This document shows, piece by piece, positions 10,376 to 18,924 of a stretch of DNA of 64,000 nucleotides. Below the pieces are notes generated by a model, which made no database searches, was not told where the DNA came from, and was given only the letters and a program-made list of their open reading frames with translations. The translations under genes and the position numbers were made by a program. Origin of the DNA: an uncultured Gemmatimonadales bacterium. Lineage in GTDB: Bacteria > Gemmatimonadota > Gemmatimonadetes > Longimicrobiales > RSA9. The stretch lies in NCBI GenBank assembly GCA_963708135.1, contig OY970192.1, forward strand, positions 4,864,001-4,928,000. Reading direction: 5' to 3'. Position 1 is the first letter of the stretch. Every line of letters starts with the position of its first letter.

Positions 10376-13068
10376 GCGACGCGTACGACCGCCTCACCGC
10401 CGCCCTCTCCGACCGCTACCGCATCGAGCGCGAGCTCGGCGCGGGCGGCATGGCGACGGTCTACCTGGCCGGGGACCTGAAGCACGACCGCAGGGTCGCG
10501 ATCAAGGTCCTGAAGCCCGAGCTGGCCGCCGTCCTGGGCGCCGACCGGTTCCTGGCCGAGATCAAGACCACGGCGTCGCTCCAGCACCCCAACATCCTGC
10601 CGCTGTTCGACTCGGGCACCGCCGACGGCTTCCTGTACTACGTGATGCCGTACGTGGAGGGGGAGTCGCTCCGGGATCGGCTGAACCGGGAGAAGCAGCT
10701 CCCCGTGCGGGAGGCGGTGGACCTCACCTCCGAAGTGGCCGACGCGCTCGAGTACGCGCACGAGCACGGGGTCGTGCACCGCGACATCAAGCCCGAGAAC
10801 ATCCTGCTGCACGCCGGGCGCCCCATGGTGGCGGACTTCGGGATCGCGCTGGCCGTGAGCGCGGCGGCGGGCGGGCGCATGACGGAGACGGGGCTGAGCC
10901 TGGGGACGCCGCACTACATGAGCCCCGAGCAGGCGACGGCGGAGCCCGACATCACGGGCCGGAGCGATGTCTATTCGCTGGCGAGCGTGCTGTACGAGAT
11001 GCTGACCGGGGACCCGCCGCACGTGGGCTCCTCGGCCCAGCAGATCATCATGAAGATCGTGACCGAGGAGGCGGCGCCGGTCACGAAGCTCCGCCGGTCG
11101 GTCCCCCCGAACGTCGCGGCCGCGGTGGCGAAGGGGCTGGAGAAGCTGCCGGCGGACCGCTTCGAGAGCGCCAGGGCGTTCGCGGACGCGCTGGCGGATC
11201 CGGGGTTCCGGCACGGGGCGGGGGCGGCCGGCGCCGGGCCGGGGGGCGGGAGGGCAACATGGAGGGAGCGCGCCGCGATCCCGTTGGCGGGCGCGGCGGT
11301 CGTCCTGCTCGGGGCGGCGCTCTGGGGATGGCTGCGGCCGGGTCCGCCGCCGGCTCCCGCCTCGCGCGAGACGGTCGTCCTGGGCCCGACGCTGCCCGGC
11401 ATGATCGCCGGGGGCACGGCGATCGCTCCGGACGGCTCGGCCATCGTGTACACGGACACGGTGGGCGGTCCGAAGCTGTGGATCAAGGAGCGCGGAGAGG
11501 CCGATCCGCGCCCCCTCGCCGAGCTGACGCACCAGGCCGGCGGCTTCGAGCCGACACCGTCGTTCTCGCCGGACGGGCGATGGATCGTCTACACCGACCT
11601 CAAGCTGATGCGGGTGGCACGCGGTGGGGGCGCGCCGGTCACGATGTCGGACTCCGCGGCGGGCTACGGCACGGCGTGGCTGGACGACGGCACCGTCGTC
11701 TTCGGGTATCGCTCCGCCACGCGGCTGTTCCGGACCTCCGCGGACGGTGGGGCGACGACGCTCCTGACCGACTCGCTGGGCGGTGTCCTCAACGGCAGAG
11801 GCATCGTGCCGGTGCCCGGATCCGACGCGGTGATCGTGGGAGTGAGCGCGGGAGCGCGAGGCACGAGCGAGGTCGTCGTCAACGTCGCCACCGGTGCCGT
11901 GCGCACGCTCGTCCAGGGGGCCACGGGAGCCTGGATCGTGCCCGGCGGGGACCTCGTCTACCACCGCACCGACGGAGGGCTCTACGCCGCCGCCTTCGAC
12001 CGGGGCGGGCTCCAGCTGGCCGGCCCGTCGGTGTCGGTCCTGGCCGGCATCGGCGAGGTCGCCCTCGGCCGGGACGGAACGATGCTGTACGTGCGGGGCG
12101 GGACGACGACAGGCGAGCCTTCCGAAGTGGTCTCCGTGTCCCGCGACGGGTCCGACGCGGTCCCGCTCGACAGTGGCTGGAGGGCGCAGGTGGCGCCGCC
12201 GGGCGGCCTCGCGCTCTCGCCCGACGGCTCGAAAATCGCCCTCAGCGTGCGGGACAGCACGACCGGCCGTACCGACCTCGTGGTTGTGCCGATGCGGCCC
12301 GGGCCCACGATGCGTCTCACCTCCGAGGGAGCGGGGGTCAACCTCCGGCCGGCCTGGTCACCCGACGGCCGCAGGGTGCTTTACGTCTCAGCCGAGGGAG
12401 GCGGCACGGGCCGCCTCTGGGAGCGCAGGGCGGACGGCGGGGGGCGGCCCGCGCCCGTGCCCATGGCGGAGAAGCGTGCCGCCTGGGAGGGGCTGTGGTC
12501 GCCCGACGGGCGGTGGATCGTCTACCGCACGACCGACGGAGCGGCCGGCAACGGGGACATCCTGGCCGTGCGCACGAGCGGGGACTCCACGCCGGTGCCG
12601 CTCGCGCACACGGACGCCCAGGAGTACGGCCCGGCCCTGTCGCCCGACGGCCACTGGCTCGCCTACACGTCCTCGTCCTCGGGGCGGATGGAGATCTACG
12701 TGTGTCCGTTCCCCGACGCGGGGGACGGGCTCTATCCGATCTCGAGCGACGGCGGCACGGAGGCCGAGTGGTCGCACGACGGGCGCCAGCTCTTCTACCG
12801 GAACGGCGCCGGGGAGATGATCGCCGTCGACGTGACCACCGGCTCCACCTTCTCCGCGGGGGCCCACCACAGGCTGTTCGACGCGCGCGGGTACCTGGCC
12901 AACTTCCAGAGCCACTTCTACGCGGTCGCGCCCGACGACCGTCGGTTCATCATTGTCCGCGCCGTCGCGTCCGAAGGGGCGAGGGCCGCGTCAGCGCCCA
13001 GGCTCGTGCTCGTGCGCAACTGGTTGCCGGAGCTGCGGGCGAAGCTGAAGGGGCAGGGGGGCCCGTGA
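10372..13068 (+). CDS. Ser/Thr kinase-TM-beta-propeller receptor (copy 5, 898 aa)
   Basis: All kinase motifs; TM IPLAGAAVVLLGAALWGWL; GTGA overlap. Confidence 0.95.
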   Translation: MSDAYDRLTAALSDRYRIERELGAGGMATVYLAGDLKHDRRVAIKVLKPELAAVLGADRFLAEIKTTASLQHPNILPLFDSGTADGFLYYVMPYVEGESLRDRLNREKQLPVREAVDLTSEVADALEYAHEHGVVHRDIKPENILLHAGRPMVADFGIALAVSAAAGGRMTETGLSLGTPHYMSPEQATAEPDITGRSDVYSLASVLYEMLTGDPPHVGSSAQQIIMKIVTEEAAPVTKLRRSVPPNVAAAVAKGLEKLPADRFESARAFADALADPGFRHGAGAAGAGPGGGRATWRERAAIPLAGAAVVLLGAALWGWLRPGPPPAPASRETVVLGPTLPGMIAGGTAIAPDGSAIVYTDTVGGPKLWIKERGEADPRPLAELTHQAGGFEPTPSFSPDGRWIVYTDLKLMRVARGGGAPVTMSDSAAGYGTAWLDDGTVVFGYRSATRLFRTSADGGATTLLTDSLGGVLNGRGIVPVPGSDAVIVGVSAGARGTSEVVVNVATGAVRTLVQGATGAWIVPGGDLVYHRTDGGLYAAAFDRGGLQLAGPSVSVLAGIGEVALGRDGTMLYVRGGTTTGEPSEVVSVSRDGSDAVPLDSGWRAQVAPPGGLALSPDGSKIALSVRDSTTGRTDLVVVPMRPGPTMRLTSEGAGVNLRPAWSPDGRRVLYVSAEGGGTGRLWERRADGGGRPAPVPMAEKRAAWEGLWSPDGRWIVYRTTDGAAGNGDILAVRTSGDSTPVPLAHTDAQEYGPALSPDGHWLAYTSSSSGRMEIYVCPFPDAGDGLYPISSDGGTEAEWSHDGRQLFYRNGAGEMIAVDVTTGSTFSAGAHHRLFDARGYLANFQSHFYAVAPDDRRFIIVRAVASEGARAASAPRLVLVRNWLPELRAKLKGQGGP

Positions 13069-15665
13069 GCGGGCCCGCGGAGCGCCTCGCCGCCGCCCTC
13101 GCCGACCGCTACCGGATCGAGCGGGAGCTGGGGCAGGGCGGCATGGCCACGGTCTACCTGGCCGAGGACCTGAAGCACGACCGCAGGGTCGCGATCAAGG
13201 TGCTCAAGCCCGAGCTGGCGGCCGTCCTGGGGGCCGAGCGCTTCCTGCAGGAGATCAAGACCACCGCGGCGCTCCAGCACCCTAACATCCTCCCCCTGTT
13301 CGACTCGGGCACGGCGGACGGGTTCCTGTACTACGTCATGCCCTTCGTCGAGGGCGAATCGCTGCGGGACCGGCTGAACCGCGAGAAGCAGCTCCCCGTG
13401 CGGGAGGCCGTGGACCTGACCTCGGAGGTGGCCGACGCGCTCCAGTACGCGCACGAGCACGGGGTCGTCCACCGGGACATCAAGCCTGAGAACATCCTCC
13501 TCCACGCGGGCCGCCCGATGGTGGCCGACTTCGGGATCGCGCTGGCGGTCTCGGCCGCGGCGGGCGGGCGCATGACGGAGACGGGGCTCTCCCTGGGCAC
13601 GCCGCACTACATGAGCCCGGAGCAGGCCACCGCGGAAAAGGACATCACGGGCCGCTCGGACGTCTACTCGCTGGCGAGCGTGCTGTACGAGATGCTGACC
13701 GGGGACCCGCCGCACACCGGTTCTTCGGCCCAGCAGATCATCATGAAGATCGTGACCGAGGAGGCGGCGCCGGTCACGAAGCTGCGGAAGTCGGTGCCGC
13801 CCAACGTGGCGGCGGCTCTCTCGAAGGGGCTGGAGAAGCTGCCGGCGGACCGGTTCGAGACGGCCACGGCATTCGCGGAGGCACTGCAGAATCCTGCGTT
13901 CCGGGTCACCGGGGGCGCGGTGGCCGGCGCGCCCGGTGCGCGTGGTTTCCGGGGGTGGATGCGCAGCCCCTGGTCGTGGGGGACGGTCACGGTAGCCGTG
14001 GCCGGGGTGGTGCTGTCGGTCCTCCTGATGCGTGGCGCGGCACCCGCCTCGCCGCCGTGGTTCACGGCCCGGACGTTCGACTCCCGTTCGATCTTCAACG
14101 CGCGCTTCATGCCCGACGGGCAGACGATCGTGTTCAGCGGCATGCCTGATGTCGGGATCGTGTCGCGCCTGTACGTCATCCGGCCCGACCACCCGGATCC
14201 CGTCCCGTTTGGCCCGGACTCGGCGCACCTGCTGGACGTTTCGAGCACGGGCCAGCTCGCCATCCTCACGCACGCGAGCTACCTCGGTGGCCATCGCCTG
14301 TTCTCGGGCACGCTGGCGACGGTCTCGCTCGGGGGCGAGGCGCCGCGCGAGGTGACAACGGGTGTGCGAGAGGCCGCCTGGGGCCCGGACGGAAAGACCA
14401 TGGCCGTGATCCGCGACAGCAGCGGAACGGACCTCCTCGAGTACCCGGTGGGGACGGTCCTCGTGCGCTCCCAGGGCTACCTCTCGGATCCCAGCGTCTC
14501 GCCCTCGGGCGACGCGATCGCGTACCTCGAGCACCCCGCGAAGTTCGACGATCGCGGCTCCGCCACCATCGCCGATCGCACGGGCCGCACACTGGCCAAG
14601 TCGGTGGACTTTCAGGGGACCGAGGGTGTCGCGTGGTGGCCGGACGGGAAGGGCATCTTCTACTCGGCCGCCGGGGGAGGAGGTACCGGGGTTGTCAGCT
14701 TCGCGTTGCGCGAGATGGACCGGTCTGGACGGGACGGATGGGCCCTTTCCGGTCCGGGCGACCTGACGGTCCAGGACGTCTCCCGCGAGGGTCGTGTTCT
14801 GCTGACCGACGATCGCCAGATAGAGCGTGTCGTCGGGCGCGGGCCGGGCGCCGCCGAGGAGACGGACATGGGCGTGCGCAATTGGTCGCAGAGGCCGGTG
14901 CTCAGCGGGAACGGCCGCTACCTGGCGTACAGCGATGCGGGCTCGATGGGCGGTACCGACTACTCCTTGCTGTGGCGGAAGTCAGACGGTTCTCCGCTGG
15001 TCCGCTTAGGCGCGGGGACTCCGATGGCCGTGGCCCGCGGCGACGGCCTCGTCCTGGCGGGCCTGCCCACCACTCCGGCAAAGCTCATGCTCTATCCCAC
15101 CGGTCCGGGCTCGGCGCGGCGGATCGACTCCGGCCAGTTCCAGACGTTGGACCTCGGGACGAGCGGGGACGTCCGGGTGGCCGGGCGTGACACCATCGTC
15201 TTCTTCTGCGGAACGGAGCCACAGCGATCCGAGCGTTGCTACGTCGATTCGCTGTCGCACGCCGCCCCGATCCCTGTGACTCCCCCTGGAACGTCTCAGG
15301 CAATCATCTCGCCGGACGGCCGGCGCGTGCTGGCCCGGGTCGGGGACAGCGTGGCCATCTACCCCCTGGACGGGGGCGCGCCCCGACGTGCGCTCGGAGT
15401 CCGTCCAGGCGATGTCCTGATCCGGTGGAGCCCGGAGGGACGCGAGGTGTGGGTGTGGACGAATAGGAGCTCCGCCTCGAGCCTGGACTTCGCTCGCGTC
15501 GATGCCGTCACCGGCGCGCGCGCGACGCTTCTGAGCGTCGTGCCCCGTGAGCTGGGTGGGGTGCGCGGCTTCGACCGGCCGACGCTGGCGGATGATCCCC
15601 ACGTGTACGCCTACAACCAGTTCCTGTACACGTCTCGGCTCTACACCGTGGACGGTTTGCGATGA
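13065..15665 (+). CDS. Ser/Thr kinase-TM-ectodomain receptor (copy 6, ~866 aa; distinct ectodomain class)
   Basis: Real start is GTG 13065 (GTGA overlap; SGPAERLAAALADRYRIERELG) inside the 1781-aa track ORF; kinase motifs; TM WGTVTVAVAGVVLSVLLM. Confidence 0.93.
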   Translation: MSGPAERLAAALADRYRIERELGQGGMATVYLAEDLKHDRRVAIKVLKPELAAVLGAERFLQEIKTTAALQHPNILPLFDSGTADGFLYYVMPFVEGESLRDRLNREKQLPVREAVDLTSEVADALQYAHEHGVVHRDIKPENILLHAGRPMVADFGIALAVSAAAGGRMTETGLSLGTPHYMSPEQATAEKDITGRSDVYSLASVLYEMLTGDPPHTGSSAQQIIMKIVTEEAAPVTKLRKSVPPNVAAALSKGLEKLPADRFETATAFAEALQNPAFRVTGGAVAGAPGARGFRGWMRSPWSWGTVTVAVAGVVLSVLLMRGAAPASPPWFTARTFDSRSIFNARFMPDGQTIVFSGMPDVGIVSRLYVIRPDHPDPVPFGPDSAHLLDVSSTGQLAILTHASYLGGHRLFSGTLATVSLGGEAPREVTTGVREAAWGPDGKTMAVIRDSSGTDLLEYPVGTVLVRSQGYLSDPSVSPSGDAIAYLEHPAKFDDRGSATIADRTGRTLAKSVDFQGTEGVAWWPDGKGIFYSAAGGGGTGVVSFALREMDRSGRDGWALSGPGDLTVQDVSREGRVLLTDDRQIERVVGRGPGAAEETDMGVRNWSQRPVLSGNGRYLAYSDAGSMGGTDYSLLWRKSDGSPLVRLGAGTPMAVARGDGLVLAGLPTTPAKLMLYPTGPGSARRIDSGQFQTLDLGTSGDVRVAGRDTIVFFCGTEPQRSERCYVDSLSHAAPIPVTPPGTSQAIISPDGRRVLARVGDSVAIYPLDGGAPRRALGVRPGDVLIRWSPEGREVWVWTNRSSASSLDFARVDAVTGARATLLSVVPRELGGVRGFDRPTLADDPHVYAYNQFLYTSRLYTVDGLR

Positions 15666-18310
15666 GTGACGCCCCCGACCGCCTCGCCGCTGCCCTTGCC
15701 GACCGCTACCGCATCGAGCGCGAGCTCGGCCAGGGCGGCATGGCCACGGTCTACCTGGCCGAGGACCTGAAGCACCAGCGCCAGGTGGCGATCAAGGTCC
15801 TGAAGCCCGAGCTGGCCGCAGTCCTCGGCGCCGACCGCTTCGTGCAGGAGATCACCACCACCGCGCAGCTCCAGCACCCGCACATCCTGCCGCTCTTCGA
15901 CTCCGGCACCGCCGACGGCTTCCTCTTCTACGTCATGCCGCACGTCGAGGGCGAGACGCTGCGCGACCGACTGAACCGCGAGACGCAGCTCGGTGTGGGT
16001 GAAGCGGTACGGATCACGCGGGAGGTAGCCGACGCGCTGGACTACGCACACCGCCACGGCGTGATCCACCGCGACATCAAGCCCGAGAACATCCTGCTGC
16101 ACGACGGCCGGCCGATGGTGGCCGATTTCGGCATCGCGCTGGCCGTTTCGGCCGCGGCGGGCGGGCGCATGACCGAGACGGGGCTCAGCCTCGGCACGCC
16201 GCACTACATGAGCCCGGAGCAGGCGACGGCGGAGAAGGACCTCACCGGGCGATCCGACGTCTACTCGCTGGGCTCCGTCCTCTACGAGATGCTGACGGGC
16301 GACCCGCCACACACGGGGTCCTCCGCCCAGCAGATCATCATGAAGATCGTGACGGAGGAGGCGGCGCCGGTCACGAAGCTCAGGAGATCGGTGCCGCCCA
16401 ACGTGGCGGCCGCCGTCGCGAAGGCGCTCGAGAAGCTGCCCGCCGACCGCTTCGAGAGCGCGAAGGCGTTCGCCGACGCGCTGGAGGATCCCGCGTTCCG
16501 CCTCGCCGACGCCGCCCCCACGGGCCCCGTGGTCAGCTCCCGGAAGGCCTGGGCCGCCGCCGCGGCATCCCTGATCGTCGCGGCGCTCTCTCTGGCCGTC
16601 GCGGGCTGGGCCCTGATGCGGCGCCCGACCGGAGTTCGGGACATTGGAACGCCGCCGACGAGCGCGGTCAACGTCACCACCGAAGATCGGGCTTTCTCGG
16701 TAGCGCCCGACGGGTCGTTCGTGGTCTATACCGCGCAGAAGGGGGCTACCACCGAGCTGTGGTACATGAGCCTGAGGACGGGAGAGGGTCACCCCATTCC
16801 GGGCACGGTCGGGACATTCACCGCGCCGTGGATCTCCCCCGACGGCAAGCGCGTGGCGGTGGGCGTCCCCGCCGGCAGCGGTTATCAGCTGAAGGTGGTG
16901 GGGATCGACGGGGGGACCGTGTCGCCCGTCGCTTCCATCACGCTTCCATTCGGCGGGACCTGGACGGATGACGGGAGGATCTTCTTCAGCGACGACAACG
17001 GACGTCTGCTCCGCTGGGTGGACCCGCTGGGCGGCGACGCGCGTGAGATCACGGTTGGAGGATACTGCCTGAACCCCGTGCTCATCGGAACAGGCGGCCA
17101 AGTGCTCTGCGGAGGCGGCGCCGACAAGTTCGCCTCCAGCCGCGACCTGGCGGATCCGGGCCACATTCGGTACTGGCATCACGCGGCCGACGGGCCCGGC
17201 GGGAAGGCCGCGCTGCTGCGCGGCGCCGACTTCCGCGTGGTCGATGGCCGATACCTGGTCTACATGGGCGTCGACGGAACCATCATGGCCACGCGCATCG
17301 AGAGCGTCAACTCGCTCACGGTCGGCCGATCCGTCTCCCTGGTGCCCGGTGTACGCAATGGAGACTACAGTGGCACCGGGCAATTCGACCTGACCCGGGA
17401 CGGCACCCTCGTCTACCTGCCGGGAACCAATCCGGCCGTGGGCCGGCTCGTGCGCGTCGGCAGGGATGGGCCCATCGAGCCGCTGCCGGTGGAGCAGGCC
17501 GCCCACCTACGCTTCCGCGAAAGCCCCGATGGCCGGCGGTTGGCAACGGTTGTGGAAGGCCTCGAGCAGCAGGAGCTGCGCGTCTACGACCTGCAGGCGG
17601 GCACACACGAGACCGTGGCCGTCGGCTCGTTCATCGACGTTCCGGTCTTCAGCCCGAATGGCGACCGCATCGCTTACTCGATCAGCGAGGAACCGGGTCG
17701 AGAATCCCTCGTCTCCCGGCTGCTCGACTCCTCGACGAAGCCTAAGGTACTCGCCACGACCGCGCCCCCCACCACGTTTCGGCCATCCATGTATCTGGCC
17801 GCTGATTCTCTCCTCGTTGGATTTCCGGGAGGCGAATCCGCAATGATCGTGGGTTCCGAGGGTGGAGTCAACTCGCTCGGGCTTGCCACCGGCCAGTTCG
17901 TGTCGATCTCCCCGGGCGGTCACTGGATCGCGTACCAGGGGAATTCGTCCGGAGACCTGCGGGTCCAGCCGTGGCCGGCGCTCGATCGGCGCTATTTCGT
18001 AGATGCCCGGGGTATCGAGCCTCAGTGGGTCTCGGCGACGGAGCTGGACTATATCGCGCAGACGGACGAAGGGGATTGGGAGTTCCACAAAGCGGTGATC
18101 CAACCTGGCGCGAACCCGCCCGTAGGTCCGCCCGAGCTCGTCGCCGTCGCTCCGCAGTTCAGCCAGACTCCCGGCTGGTCCTGGGCCGTGGGCCATGACG
18201 GAGACCTCATCTACCTGCAGTCGCCGGCGGAGCGCGTCGAGCACTACTTCCGGGTTGTGCCGGGCTGGGTGAAGCGGATGGAGCGCGCCGTGGACGAGGC
18301 GAACCGATGA
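15662..18310 (+). CDS. Ser/Thr kinase-TM-beta-propeller receptor (copy 7, 882 aa)
   Basis: All kinase motifs; TM WAAAAASLIVAALSLAVAGWALM; ATGA overlap. Confidence 0.95.
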   Translation: MSDAPDRLAAALADRYRIERELGQGGMATVYLAEDLKHQRQVAIKVLKPELAAVLGADRFVQEITTTAQLQHPHILPLFDSGTADGFLFYVMPHVEGETLRDRLNRETQLGVGEAVRITREVADALDYAHRHGVIHRDIKPENILLHDGRPMVADFGIALAVSAAAGGRMTETGLSLGTPHYMSPEQATAEKDLTGRSDVYSLGSVLYEMLTGDPPHTGSSAQQIIMKIVTEEAAPVTKLRRSVPPNVAAAVAKALEKLPADRFESAKAFADALEDPAFRLADAAPTGPVVSSRKAWAAAAASLIVAALSLAVAGWALMRRPTGVRDIGTPPTSAVNVTTEDRAFSVAPDGSFVVYTAQKGATTELWYMSLRTGEGHPIPGTVGTFTAPWISPDGKRVAVGVPAGSGYQLKVVGIDGGTVSPVASITLPFGGTWTDDGRIFFSDDNGRLLRWVDPLGGDAREITVGGYCLNPVLIGTGGQVLCGGGADKFASSRDLADPGHIRYWHHAADGPGGKAALLRGADFRVVDGRYLVYMGVDGTIMATRIESVNSLTVGRSVSLVPGVRNGDYSGTGQFDLTRDGTLVYLPGTNPAVGRLVRVGRDGPIEPLPVEQAAHLRFRESPDGRRLATVVEGLEQQELRVYDLQAGTHETVAVGSFIDVPVFSPNGDRIAYSISEEPGRESLVSRLLDSSTKPKVLATTAPPTTFRPSMYLAADSLLVGFPGGESAMIVGSEGGVNSLGLATGQFVSISPGGHWIAYQGNSSGDLRVQPWPALDRRYFVDARGIEPQWVSATELDYIAQTDEGDWEFHKAVIQPGANPPVGPPELVAVAPQFSQTPGWSWAVGHDGDLIYLQSPAERVEHYFRVVPGWVKRMERAVDEANR

Positions 18311-18924
18311 CCGGTCCTTCCGAGCGCCTCGCCGCCGCCCTCGCCGACCGCTACCGCATCGAGCGCGAGCTCGGCGCGGGCGGCATGGCCACGGTCTACC
18401 TGGCCGAGGACCGGCGCCATCACCGGCAGGTGGCCATCAAGGTGCTCAAGCCCGAGCTCGCCGCCGTGCTCGGCGCCGATCGCTTCGTCCAGGAGATCAC
18501 CACCACCGCCCAGCTGCAGCACCCGCACATCCTGCCGCTCTTCGACTCCGGCACTGCCGACGGCTTCCTCTTCTACGTCATGTGGCAGGTCTCGTCCGGA
18601 GGCGGCGCGGCGCCGCGCTGGTCTCACGACGGCCGCGCCATCTTCTACATCGATCCTGCCAGGCGCATGAGAATGGCGGACGTTCGGACCTCGCCCACGT
18701 TCGCGCTCGTGGGCCAGCGGCTGCTCGGCTCGCAGCTGAGCGCCGCGGGGGCAGGTGGAGTGGCGTACGCATACTTCCCCACCTACGCCGTCACGCCCGA
18801 CGATCGACATTTCGTGATGCTGGCGCCTCCCGAGCACGGCTCGGCGCGTAGCGAGTTCGTTCCGGTGGTCGAGATCGAGCACTGGCGCCCCGGGACGCCG
18901 TTGAACCTGGGGCCGCGACGATGA
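18307..18924 (+). pseudogene. Internally deleted kinase-propeller copy 8 (kinase N-lobe fused in frame to the last propeller blades)
   Basis: Kinase sequence to ...GFLFYVM, then WQVSSGGGAAPRWSHDGR (junction ~18582/18583); no HRD, DFG or TM; ATGA overlaps at both ends. Confidence 0.85.

Noticed and set aside
10320..15665. 1781-aa ORF as one giant protein
   Set aside because: The first ~915 aa are an Arg/Gly-rich off-frame shadow of copy 5; the real gene starts at GTG 13065
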